DNA of 24,000 nucleotides from Clostridiales bacterium (GTDB lineage Bacteria; Bacillota; Clostridia; Caldicoprobacterales; DTU083): contig DUSN01000070.1 of NCBI GenBank assembly GCA_012842605.1, forward strand, positions 66,668 through 90,667. Reading direction: 5' to 3'. The position numbers were made by a program, and so were the translations under genes. This document shows, one piece after another, positions 9,519 through 17,613 of the stretch (within the stretch, counting starts at the first letter, position 1; each line of letters begins with the position of its first letter). The notes beneath the pieces are model-generated. The model worked only from the letters and a program-made list of their open reading frames with translations, searched no databases and had not been told where the DNA came from.

Positions 9519-11087
9519 ATGAAAGTTAAATATCTCCTGATCATTTTACTAGTAGTTGCTGCTATAGTTACTGCCGGATTTGCTTATAAGAATTACCGGG
9601 AGCGTTTGGCTGAAGAACAATGGATTGCACATATGACTGATACAGTAGAGCGTGACACCTTTTATGAAGGTCTGTATCTTGACGATGTAGCACTGGGCGG
9701 GCTCACTCTCCAGGAAGCTATGGCTATGTTTGAAAAAAGTGCTCAGGACCGCCTGGACAATTTGAAGGTGGAACTGGTATATCAGGATAAGAACTGGACT
9801 TTTACCTATGAAGACATTAAAGCTCACATTGACTGGGAAGAAAAACTAAATGAATTATACCAGATTGCAAGGAAAGGCAGCCTGGAAGAGCGATATGAGA
9901 AGGTAGAATCCATCCGTGAAAACAATGTACGGATGGAAACCACTCTTACCATGGATATAAGCCAAATCCAGGAAGAAATCAATGCTATTGCAGACAGCCT
10001 GGCCATTGAACCGGTTGATGCGCAAATTGACTTTTATCCGGCTAAGGAAGAAAAATTCGTTATTACTCCTGAGTCAGACGGTCAAATGGTGGATGCAGGT
10101 ACTCTGTATAACTTGGTACAGCAAGTGTTTAACTTCGGACAACCGGGTGAGATAACCATTGAGCCTGTAGTGGTAGAAGCAAAGGTTCGTGCGGCTGACC
10201 TGGAAAAGGCTACTGCAAAAATAGTTACTTTCTACACTGACATGAGTGGCAGTACCGAAAACCGTATGCACAATATCGGGCTTGCACTGAAAAAAATCAG
10301 CGGAACAAAAGTGAACCCGGGCGAGGTTTTCTCCTTTAACGGTACTGTTGGACCCAGGACCGAAAAAGCAGGGTTTAAGCTTGCCGGAGTCATAATGCCG
10401 GACAAGAGCCTGCAGGACGGCATAGGCGGCGGCATATGCCAGGCTTCTTCCACCGTATTTAATGCAGTTGCTCTTGCAGGACTGGAAATCGTGGAGAGAT
10501 ATCACCATTCCTTCCCCATATCCTACCTGCCGGCAGGAATGGATGCCACAGTATCCTGGGGCGGTGCAGACTTCAAGTTCAGGAATAACAAAAATACACC
10601 TGTTTTTATCCATGCATACAGAAAAGGTACCCGTGCCTATGTAGAAATATACGGGGAACCAATTCCCAACAACGGCCAATACAAGCTTGTAACCGAACTG
10701 ACTCAAAAATACGCTGCTCCTGCACCAAAGAGGGTACTTGATACTGAAGGCAAATATGTTAGTGCAGCAGGCGGAGAGTATGAGTACGTCAAGTCCAGGG
10801 AAGGATTGCGCATAAACACTTACAGAGTGCTGTACGAAAACGGGAAGCGGGTTTCTTCAGAGCTGCTGTGCAAAAACTATTACCAGCCGATACAGGGCAT
10901 TATCTATTACAGAGAGCCTGCTGCAACACCGAAACCTACGGACAAGCCGGGCACAACAACAGAACCTACAAAGAAACCAGAACAGCCCGATCCGTCACCG
11001 ACAGCTGAGCCGACGCCAACACCAAAACCATCACCGACACCTGAACCTTCAGAACCTGCTGATAACGGCGATGACGGTGAAAATTGA
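9519..11087 (+). CDS. VanW-family protein with N-terminal TM segment, PG-binding-like domain and Pro/Thr-rich C-terminal tail
   Basis: GLALKKISGTKVNPGEVFSFNGTVGPRTEKAGFK..GIGGGICQASSTVFNAVALAGLEIVERYHHSFPISYLPAGMDATVSWGGADFKFRNN is a classic VanW motif set. Confidence 0.88.
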   Translation: MKVKYLLIILLVVAAIVTAGFAYKNYRERLAEEQWIAHMTDTVERDTFYEGLYLDDVALGGLTLQEAMAMFEKSAQDRLDNLKVELVYQDKNWTFTYEDIKAHIDWEEKLNELYQIARKGSLEERYEKVESIRENNVRMETTLTMDISQIQEEINAIADSLAIEPVDAQIDFYPAKEEKFVITPESDGQMVDAGTLYNLVQQVFNFGQPGEITIEPVVVEAKVRAADLEKATAKIVTFYTDMSGSTENRMHNIGLALKKISGTKVNPGEVFSFNGTVGPRTEKAGFKLAGVIMPDKSLQDGIGGGICQASSTVFNAVALAGLEIVERYHHSFPISYLPAGMDATVSWGGADFKFRNNKNTPVFIHAYRKGTRAYVEIYGEPIPNNGQYKLVTELTQKYAAPAPKRVLDTEGKYVSAAGGEYEYVKSREGLRINTYRVLYENGKRVSSELLCKNYYQPIQGIIYYREPAATPKPTDKPGTTTEPTKKPEQPDPSPTAEPTPTPKPSPTPEPSEPADNGDDGEN

Positions 11088-11114
11088 TACACTAAAGAAT
11101 AAATGCTCATAAAG

Positions 11115-11148
11115 AAGGAGGTATGTTTGATACATGCCTCTTTGTTTT
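11115..11148 (+). terminator. Intrinsic terminator after the VanW-domain gene
   Basis: GAGGTATGT (11118-11126) pairs with ACATGCCTC (11132-11140), followed by TTTGTTTT. Confidence 0.65.
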
Positions 11149-11237
11149 ATCTATTGAAAAGCATAAATATTAAATATATTATTTTTTCTGCATGCTGGCA
11201 TAATATCGATATAGGCATTTTTGAAAGGGGACTGTTA

Positions 11238-12896
11238 ATGGTTAATAAAGTTACTGTAAATTGGAATGGCAGAGAAATCAAGGTAAACAGCGGCACTACC
11301 CTGCAGGAATTCGCCAGAGAATATTCGGAATCGACTGCACCTATAGTATTAGCTGCAAAAGTTGATAATAAAGTGAGAGAACTATCCTATCCCATAACGC
11401 AGGATTGCAAAGTTGAAACAATAGATTTGTCAATGAAGGATGGCGAGCGCATATATGCACGAAGCCTGGTATTTGTATTTATACGGGCATGCAGGGAATT
11501 ATTTCCGGATTGCAAAGTAACTATTGAGCATTCCTTTGGCGGCGGTTTGTATTGCGAGGTTCATGGAGATTTTACTCTGACGCCCCGGAGGGTCGAACGA
11601 ATAGAGAAGCAAATGCGTGACATAATCCAGAACGATGAACCCTTTGAAAAAATAGACATGCCAAAAGAAAAGGCAAACAAAATATTTGAAGAGATGGGCT
11701 GGTTTGACAAAATTGAAATCATGAAGTACCGGCCGGAAGATACCATAAGCTTGTACCGATGCGGCTGGATGACTGATTATCTGTTTGGATATATGGTGCC
11801 TTCCACCGGTTACCTTAAGGAGTTTGGGCTGAAATTTTACCTGCCGGGGGTCATTCTGCAATTTCCCTGCTGTGATGATCCAATCCAGATACGCCCCTTC
11901 CACGACAATCCGAAGCTGTTCAAGGTATTTCGCCAGGCTGAAAAATGGTCTACTGCCCTGGGGATTAGAAATATTGCTGATCTGAACAAGTGCATAGAAG
12001 AAGGAAGAGGGCCTGAACTGATCAGAATTTGTGAGGCCTATCATGAGAAGCAGATTGCAGCAATTGCAGATTTAATAGCTCAGCAGAAGGATGATGTAAG
12101 GCTGATACTGATTGCTGGCCCTTCCTCTTCCGGTAAAACCACCTTTGCGCAGCGGCTCAGGGTGCAGCTTATGGTTAACGGCCTGTATCCTGTTCCAATT
12201 TCCATGGATAATTATTTCTTTAACCGTGATCAGGTGCCGGTAGACGAAAACGGGGAACAGGACCTGGAGTCCATTGATGTTATTGATCTGGAGTTGTTTA
12301 ACGAGCATATGACCCGCCTAATTCAGGGCCAGGAAGTTGAAATCCCCCACTATAATTTCGTGACAGGAAAAAGAGAATATATAGGTAATGTAATTAAATT
12401 GTCACATGATCAGCCGATAATTGTTGAGGGAATTCATGGACTGAACGAAAAGCTGACAGAGATGATACCCAGTGAAAATAAATATAAGATATATATTAGT
12501 GCATTAACTCAGCTAAATGTGGATGATCATAACCGGATACCAACCACTGATGCAAGGCTGATTCGAAGAATGGTGCGGGATTATCAGTTCCGCGGCACTC
12601 CTATAGAGGATACTTTAGGCATGTGGCCATTTGTAAGGAGAGGGGAGGAGAGGAATATATTCCCCTTCCAGGAGTCTGCCGATATCATGTTCAATTCAGC
12701 CCTGCTTTATGAACTGGCGGTTCTGAAGCCTTTTATACTGCCATTGCTGGATAATGTAACAGAAGATAGTATATATTACCCGGAAGTAAACAGATTAAAG
12801 AAGTTTCTTAAATATTTCGTTGACCTGGGTCCTGCCGATATTCCCAACAATTCAATTATAAGAGAGTTCATAGGAGGAAGTGTTTTCGGGGTGTAA
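11238..12896 (+). CDS. Nucleoside kinase: TGS-like N-terminal domain plus uridine kinase/PRK domain
   Basis: TGS-like MVNKVTVNWNGREIKVNSGTTLQEFA; Walker A LIAGPSSSGKTTFAQRL; ISMDNYFFNRDQVPVDENGEQDLESIDVIDLELF. ATG 11238 follows GAAAGGGG. The listed start at 11103 overlaps the upstream terminator. Confidence 0.85.
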   Translation: MVNKVTVNWNGREIKVNSGTTLQEFAREYSESTAPIVLAAKVDNKVRELSYPITQDCKVETIDLSMKDGERIYARSLVFVFIRACRELFPDCKVTIEHSFGGGLYCEVHGDFTLTPRRVERIEKQMRDIIQNDEPFEKIDMPKEKANKIFEEMGWFDKIEIMKYRPEDTISLYRCGWMTDYLFGYMVPSTGYLKEFGLKFYLPGVILQFPCCDDPIQIRPFHDNPKLFKVFRQAEKWSTALGIRNIADLNKCIEEGRGPELIRICEAYHEKQIAAIADLIAQQKDDVRLILIAGPSSSGKTTFAQRLRVQLMVNGLYPVPISMDNYFFNRDQVPVDENGEQDLESIDVIDLELFNEHMTRLIQGQEVEIPHYNFVTGKREYIGNVIKLSHDQPIIVEGIHGLNEKLTEMIPSENKYKIYISALTQLNVDDHNRIPTTDARLIRRMVRDYQFRGTPIEDTLGMWPFVRRGEERNIFPFQESADIMFNSALLYELAVLKPFILPLLDNVTEDSIYYPEVNRLKKFLKYFVDLGPADIPNNSIIREFIGGSVFGV

Positions 12897-12990
12897 TCAG
12901 CAAACTGGCGGAATGCAGACATAGATAAAAATATATATGCTGCCGGGATGAATATTGTTAAATTTGCCTGATACCATCGCGTTCATTGTC

Positions 12991-13019
12991 TTTACAACAT
13001 ATAGGGACATTGGTATAAT
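12991..13019 (+). promoter_or_regulatory. Strong sigma-A promoter upstream of the CBS/CorC gene leader
   Basis: TTTACA (12991-12996), 17-nt spacer, TATAAT (13014-13019). Confidence 0.7.
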
Positions 13020-13056
13020 ATAAGGCAAAGCATGAGTTAAGGGTGGTGGGTATTAA

Positions 13057-13125
13057 GTGGACGACGGTCCTTGTAATTATTATAATGGCTTTTGGAAAAA
13101 TACGGGTTATGTAATAAGACAATGA
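13057..13125 (+). other. Candidate short leader ORF: V/MDDGPCNYYNGFWKNTGYVIRQ*
   Basis: GTG at 13057 preceded by SD-like TAAGGGTGGTGGG; TGA at 13123-13125 sits in the 5' strand of the downstream terminator. A second frame (GTG 13043/13046 to TAA 13112-13114, VGIKWTTVLVIIIMAFGKIRVM) is also open, so the coding frame is not settled. Confidence 0.35.
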
Positions 13126-13171
13126 GTCCCTTCTGATATCTTGGCTGGGATTTATTGTCTTTTTGTTTTTA
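13117..13171 (+). terminator. Intrinsic terminator/attenuator in the leader of the CBS/CorC gene
   Basis: AGACAATGAGTCCC (13117-13130) can pair with GGGATTTATTGTCT (13147-13160) over 14 bp including two G-U pairs, followed by TTTTGTTTTT. It lies between the promoter and the gene. Confidence 0.85.
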
Positions 13172-13203
13172 ACCAATTATTTTTCCATGGAGGGCGAAGT
13201 GTT

Positions 13204-14499
13204 TTGTTAACTCAAATTATAGTCATTATTGTATTAATTATGCTTAATGCTTATTTTGCAGGTTCAGAAATGGCCCTGGTTTCATTGAATGATACTAAAA
13301 TCAGGATAATGGCAGAAGAAGGCAATAAGAAAGCTGTAATGGTCAGGAATCTGCTTAATGAGCCAAGCAAATTCCTGTCTACGATACAAGTTGGAATTAC
13401 ATTGGCAGGATTCCTTTCCAGTGCATTTGCATCAGAAGCTTTTGCCGACAGGCTTGTAGAGTGGCTGTTTTCTATTGGCATATCAATGCCGGCAGGTGTT
13501 TTGAAACCTGCTGCGGTAGTTCTGATAACCCTTGTATTATCTTATTTTACACTTGTGTTTGGGGAGCTGGTGCCAAAGCGTCTGGCAATGCAGAATGCAG
13601 AAAAGCTGTCTCTCAAGGTTGTAGGCCCGCTGCGTGTATTGGCAGCTGTTACATCTCCCATCGTAAAGCTCCTTACGGTATCCACTAACTTTTTTGTCAA
13701 GGTTGCAGGCGGAAACCCTAACGCTGAAACCGAGGAGGTAACCGAGGAAGAAATCCGCATGATGATTGACGTAGGTGAGGAAAAGGGTTCAATAGATGAA
13801 ATTGAAAAAGAGTTTATAAACAATGTTTTTGACTTTGATGACAAAGTAGTGGCAGATATCATGACTCACAGGACCAGGGTGGCAGCCATACCGGTTGATG
13901 CCAGCCTGGATGAAATTTTAGAGCTTATAAATTCTGAAAAGTATACCAGAATCCCTGTATATGATGATACAATAGATAATATAGTAGGTATTCTTCATGC
14001 AAAGGATATACTACAGTTTCTGACCAATAAAAACGAAACTGCTTTTGATATCCATAAGCTGATGAGAAAGCCATATTTTGTACCTGAATCCAAAAAGCTG
14101 GATGATTTATTCAGAGAGCTGCAGGTAAAAAAAATACACATGGTTGTAGTTGTAGATGAATATGGTGGTACAGCAGGAATTATTACTGTTGAAGATCTGC
14201 TGGAGGAGATTGTCGGGAATATTTTTGATGAGTATGACGAAGAAGAACAAAAGTATGAAAAACTGGATGACTCCACTTATATTTTCGACGGATCCATCAG
14301 CCTGGAACAGGTAGCTGAGATTATAGGCGTAACGCTGCCGGTGGAGGATTATGATACTTTGAGCGGATATATAATAGGCCAGCTCGGGCAGATTCCTGAT
14401 GAAGGAGAAAAGCCTGTAGTGGAAATGGATAACCTTGTCTTCAAGGTAGAAGAAATAGATGAGAAAATGATCTCTAAAATTAAGGTTTGCAAGGCATAA
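13204..14499 (+). CDS. DUF21/CNNM - CBS pair - CorC/HlyC domain membrane protein (putative divalent cation transporter family)
   Basis: DUF21 N terminus (IVLIMLNAYFAGSEMALVSLND), CBS segment (MTHRTRVAAIPVDASLDEILELI..), CorC-like C terminus. TTG 13204 lies 9 nt after GGAGGG; the listed start at 13141 is inside the terminator loop. Confidence 0.87.
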   Translation: MLTQIIVIIVLIMLNAYFAGSEMALVSLNDTKIRIMAEEGNKKAVMVRNLLNEPSKFLSTIQVGITLAGFLSSAFASEAFADRLVEWLFSIGISMPAGVLKPAAVVLITLVLSYFTLVFGELVPKRLAMQNAEKLSLKVVGPLRVLAAVTSPIVKLLTVSTNFFVKVAGGNPNAETEEVTEEEIRMMIDVGEEKGSIDEIEKEFINNVFDFDDKVVADIMTHRTRVAAIPVDASLDEILELINSEKYTRIPVYDDTIDNIVGILHAKDILQFLTNKNETAFDIHKLMRKPYFVPESKKLDDLFRELQVKKIHMVVVVDEYGGTAGIITVEDLLEEIVGNIFDEYDEEEQKYEKLDDSTYIFDGSISLEQVAEIIGVTLPVEDYDTLSGYIIGQLGQIPDEGEKPVVEMDNLVFKVEEIDEKMISKIKVCKA

Positions 14500-14537
14500 T
14501 TGCTGTACTGCATTATATGCTGTACTAAAAGGGAAGG

Positions 14538-15353
14538 TTGGGTTATATTTTGCTTTCTGATTTTTTAAAGGGTTTGGTTATTGGGATCGGCGCTATTGCA
14601 CCAGGCATAAGCGGGGGTTCCTTAGCAGTTATACTTGGAATTTACGAAAGAATTACCGGTGCCATAGCTAATATGTTTGATGATTTCTGGAAAAAGGTAA
14701 AAGAGTTTCTGCCCATGGCAGCAGGCGGAGTAATAGGTGTTGTGGGATTCAGCAATATTGTCACTTTTTTGTTTAAGAATTATGAGATAGAAGTTAAATA
14801 TCTGTTTATAGGCTTGATGGCGGGAACATTCCCATCGCTGCGCAGACAAGCTGACAAGCATGGGTTTAAAATTATCTATTTAGTTCCCTTTGTGATTACG
14901 CTGGCTGCTGCTATATGGTTCGCTGTTTCGGAAAATACAGAAGCAGGCAGTTCTGTCGTATACAGGGCAGATGTTATTATGCTGGCTGTATATGGTGCAA
15001 TTATAGGCTTTGGCACAATAATACCGGGAATCAGCGCTTCATTTTTATTGATGTACCTGGGTGCTTATGATATACTCATGGAAGGTATTTCCCGTCTTAA
15101 CCCGGCAATTTTAATACCGGCCGGTTTAGGTTTTGTTGTCAGCATTTTGGCTTTTTCAAAACTGATAAACCTGTTGTTCAAAAAGGCCTATGGTTATACC
15201 TATTACGCTGTATTTGGCTTAACCCTGGGATCTGTTCTGGCTATATTTCCCGGGTTTGAACTGGGCTGGCGCTATCTGCTGTGTACGCTTCTGCTGGTCG
15301 CGGGATTTGCCCTTTCATTGTATTTAAGCCGTTTTGAAGCTAAAGAAAGCTGA
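14538..15353 (+). CDS. DUF368-domain polytopic membrane protein (family linked to undecaprenyl-phosphate translocation)
   Basis: GLVIGIGAIAPGISGGSLAVILGIYERI and repeated GTIIPGISASFLLMYLGAYD motif; about eight hydrophobic segments. Exact start uncertain (TTG 14538 or TTG 14550). Confidence 0.85.
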   Translation: MGYILLSDFLKGLVIGIGAIAPGISGGSLAVILGIYERITGAIANMFDDFWKKVKEFLPMAAGGVIGVVGFSNIVTFLFKNYEIEVKYLFIGLMAGTFPSLRRQADKHGFKIIYLVPFVITLAAAIWFAVSENTEAGSSVVYRADVIMLAVYGAIIGFGTIIPGISASFLLMYLGAYDILMEGISRLNPAILIPAGLGFVVSILAFSKLINLLFKKAYGYTYYAVFGLTLGSVLAIFPGFELGWRYLLCTLLLVAGFALSLYLSRFEAKES

Positions 15354-15371
15354 AAAAAATCAGGGGGTTTT

Positions 15372-16613
15372 TTGTTGAAAAAGCAAAATAGAATATTATC
15401 AATTTTAATTATATGCGTATTCGTGGCATTTCTCACTTCATGCTTTTTTAATCTGCTGCCGTGGAATGATGATGTGGATTCACCGTCTGAGACCGAACCG
15501 GTCAATGGGGAGGACCCGTCACAAACAATTGAGCCGACTCCTGAGCCTTCGCCTACACTCAGAGGAAGAACAACCCTGAGGATTAAAGCGGTAGGAGATA
15601 TTATGATGCATATGCCGCAGGTCAGAGCAGGCAAAAAATCTGACGGCACATATGATTTCAGCCATTTTTTTGAAGACATAAAGCCCTTCCTGGAAAACGG
15701 CGACATTGTCATGGGCAACCTGGAAACTACCATAAGCAATGATGAAAAGGGTTATGGCGGATATCCCATGTTTCGTACTCCGGAAGCATTGCTGCAGGCT
15801 TTAAAAAATGCCGGATTTAATGTACTGACAACAGCAAATAATCATACGCTGGATGGCAAGGAATTCGGTGCAGTCAACACCTTGGACAAGCTTGATGAAT
15901 ATGGCCTGCTCCATACGGGCAGCGCTCGCAGCCAGGAAGAGCGGGATCGGGTATTAATCGTGGAAAAGAATGATATAAAGGCAGGAATTCTTGCCTACAC
16001 CTATGGTACCAACGGAATGGAAGTTACCATTCCAAAAGACAAGCTTCCATATATGGTAAATTACATTGATCGGGACATGATGCGCCAGGATGTCAACAGA
16101 GCCCGGGAAGCAGGAGCAGAAATAATAATAGTCTGCATCCACTGGGGTGACGAATATGTCAGGAAACCCAACGACTTCCAAAAGGAAACTGCGGATTATC
16201 TTATATCCTTAGGCGTAGACATCATCTTAGGCAGTCATGCTCATGTTCTGCAGCCAATGGAACGAAGGAAAGTTACCTTGGATGATGGTACGGAAAAGGA
16301 AATATTCTTAATTTATTCACTTGGCAATTTCATTTCCAATCAACGGGACAGATATACGGACAGCGGTGTTATTATAGACTTGGAAATTATAAAGGATTAT
16401 GACAAGGGCACCATTGAATTGGGCGGAATTTCATATACGCCAACCTGGGTATACAGGTTTGATAAAAACGGAAAGCCGGATTACAGGATACTGCCGGTGA
16501 AGCAATTCATGAATGATGAGGACAGCCTGAAGGGTGCTGATTTAGAGCGCATACGGGCTGTATGGAATGAAACAACCTCGCACTTGGGCGATGAAGGTTT
16601 CAGTGCAGAGTGA
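15372..16613 (+). CDS. CapA-family (PgsA-like) metallophosphatase-fold lipoprotein
   Basis: LKAVGDIMMH, GNLETTIS, ANNHTLDGKEFG, CIHWGDEY, VDIILGSHAHVLQPMER, YSLGNFISNQRD; lipobox-like VAFLTSC. Confidence 0.88.
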   Translation: MLKKQNRILSILIICVFVAFLTSCFFNLLPWNDDVDSPSETEPVNGEDPSQTIEPTPEPSPTLRGRTTLRIKAVGDIMMHMPQVRAGKKSDGTYDFSHFFEDIKPFLENGDIVMGNLETTISNDEKGYGGYPMFRTPEALLQALKNAGFNVLTTANNHTLDGKEFGAVNTLDKLDEYGLLHTGSARSQEERDRVLIVEKNDIKAGILAYTYGTNGMEVTIPKDKLPYMVNYIDRDMMRQDVNRAREAGAEIIIVCIHWGDEYVRKPNDFQKETADYLISLGVDIILGSHAHVLQPMERRKVTLDDGTEKEIFLIYSLGNFISNQRDRYTDSGVIIDLEIIKDYDKGTIELGGISYTPTWVYRFDKNGKPDYRILPVKQFMNDEDSLKGADLERIRAVWNETTSHLGDEGFSAE

Positions 16614-16625
16614 TGTAAATACAAT

Positions 16626-16684
16626 ATGCTCTCCCTGGTGTCAGCTATAAATTGGAATGCAGGCATCAGGGAGAGCATTTTTAT
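16626..16684 (+). terminator. Intrinsic terminator between the convergent CapA-like and folT-like genes
   Basis: ATGCTCTCCCTG (16626-16637) pairs with CAGGGAGAGCAT (16667-16678), followed by TTTTTATT. Confidence 0.8.
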
Positions 16685-16692
16685 TCAGAACA

Positions 16693-17229
16693 TCATTTGC
16701 TTTCATTAAGCGGCTCGCCAATAATGAATCTGAAATGCTTCAGGAATAATTTTATTACAATTACATAAATAGGTATCATAATGAGGCTGGCGATAATACG
16801 AGGCGGAACCAGAACTAAAAATGCTTTATCAAACATCATGCTGAGCCATAAGGTATTTAATATCATTGATATAATTATTGTTGTAATGCTTATGACTATT
16901 GTCAGGGAAAGCCAGGTCCAGCCTTTTTTAACAAGTTTGCCCATAAATCCGGGAAGAAAGCCGGCCAGGGCAGCTGACAGGGTAAAACCCGGGAAGTAAG
17001 GTCCTTGCGGGTTAATGGGGAACCCTAATAAATCAGCCAGTGCCCCGCAGATAGCACCGTACATTGGTCCGAGGATGATACTGCTGAGGAACAGGGGAAT
17101 TTCTCCAAAACTCAAACGGAGAGCCGGCAGTCCTGCAATTGGTACTATTTGGCCTAAAACCCGGGTTAACACAATATTCAGTGCAATAAATGATCCGGCA
17201 AATGCAATTCTTCTTGCTGTATTTGTCAT
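16693..17229 (-). CDS. folT: ECF transporter S component, folate type
   Basis: GLPALRLSFGEIPLFLSSIILGPMYGAICGALADLLGFPINPQGPYFPGFTLSAALAGFLPG is typical of folT S components; supported by the THF-riboswitch-like leader directly upstream. Confidence 0.85.
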   Translation of the reverse strand: MTNTARRIAFAGSFIALNIVLTRVLGQIVPIAGLPALRLSFGEIPLFLSSIILGPMYGAICGALADLLGFPINPQGPYFPGFTLSAALAGFLPGFMGKLVKKGWTWLSLTIVISITTIIISMILNTLWLSMMFDKAFLVLVPPRIIASLIMIPIYVIVIKLFLKHFRFIIGEPLNESK

Positions 17230-17246
17230 AAAAAAAATACACCTCC

Positions 17247-17284
17247 TCTCTTTCGAATGTGTGCATTAGCCACATCCAAAGAGA
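17247..17284 (-). promoter_or_regulatory. Expression-platform hairpin abutting the folT Shine-Dalgarno
   Basis: Minus strand TCTCTTTGGATGTG...CACATTCGAAAGAGA (about 14 bp, one bulged G) directly followed by GGAGG. Confidence 0.55.
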
Positions 17285-17310
17285 TTTGTGTACTTGTAAT
17301 TCTCCTGACT

Positions 17311-17410
17311 GTGGCAGCGGATGCGGAAGGGTACCGCGGACTATAAAAGCCCTTCGTTCAGGGGCAACCTCCCATCCCCTGACACTTTACGCACCATTCC
17401 TACTCTGCAC
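17311..17410 (-). promoter_or_regulatory. THF (tetrahydrofolate) riboswitch aptamer
   Basis: Minus strand GTGCAGAGTAGGAATGGTGCGTAAAGTG...GGGAGGTTG...AACGAAGGGC...CCGCGGTACCCTTCCGCATCCGCTGCCAC. AGAGUAG, GCGUxAAGUG, ACGAAG, GCGGU and GCAUCCGCU blocks occur in the same order as in published THF aptamers; the downstream gene is folT-like. Confidence 0.8.
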
Positions 17411-17437
17411 TTTTTACTATGCACTTTTTGCAGGATT

Positions 17438-17466
17438 ATTATAACAAAATTCCGAAATACAGACAA
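17438..17466 (-). promoter_or_regulatory. Candidate sigma-A promoter for the THF riboswitch/folT transcript
   Basis: Minus strand TTGTCT (17466-17461), 17-nt spacer, TATAAT (17443-17438). Confidence 0.65.
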
Positions 17467-17613
17467 TATTAAAATTACTTTAGCGAATAAGGAGATGCAT
17501 AAATATGTTTTCTTTGTATTAAATTGGATTATTATATAATAATTAAAAAATTTATTGTATAATAATGTAGAAAACTGATATATTATGAATTTCATTCCAT
17601 ACGGGGGAAACAA

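Noticed and set aside
10074-10706. 210-aa overlapping plus-strand ORF inside the VanW gene
   Set aside because: Alternate frame of a strongly supported VanW coding sequence; no recognisable motif or proper SD.
11499-12044. 181-aa minus-strand ORF
   Set aside because: Antisense to the nucleoside kinase; no recognisable family features.
13041-13055. AAGGGTGG resembling the T-box core in the CBS/CorC leader
   Set aside because: Not followed by NACCGCG and the terminator stem does not carry the complementary T-box sequence; more likely an SD for a leader ORF.
15272-15739. 155-aa minus-strand ORF spanning the DUF368/CapA junction
   Set aside because: Overlaps two supported genes on the other strand and has low-complexity shadow composition.
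17320-17365. Plus-strand T-box-like motif (GGAAGGGTACCGCGGACTATAAAAGCCCTTCG)
   Set aside because: It is the complement of the THF aptamer 3' half. No Stem I/specifier region or aminoacyl-tRNA/amino acid gene follows on the plus strand, and the minus-strand gene is folT-like.
17321-17539. Small ORFs on both strands between folT and the HD-GYP gene
   Set aside because: They coincide with the THF riboswitch and its promoter; no coding signatures.
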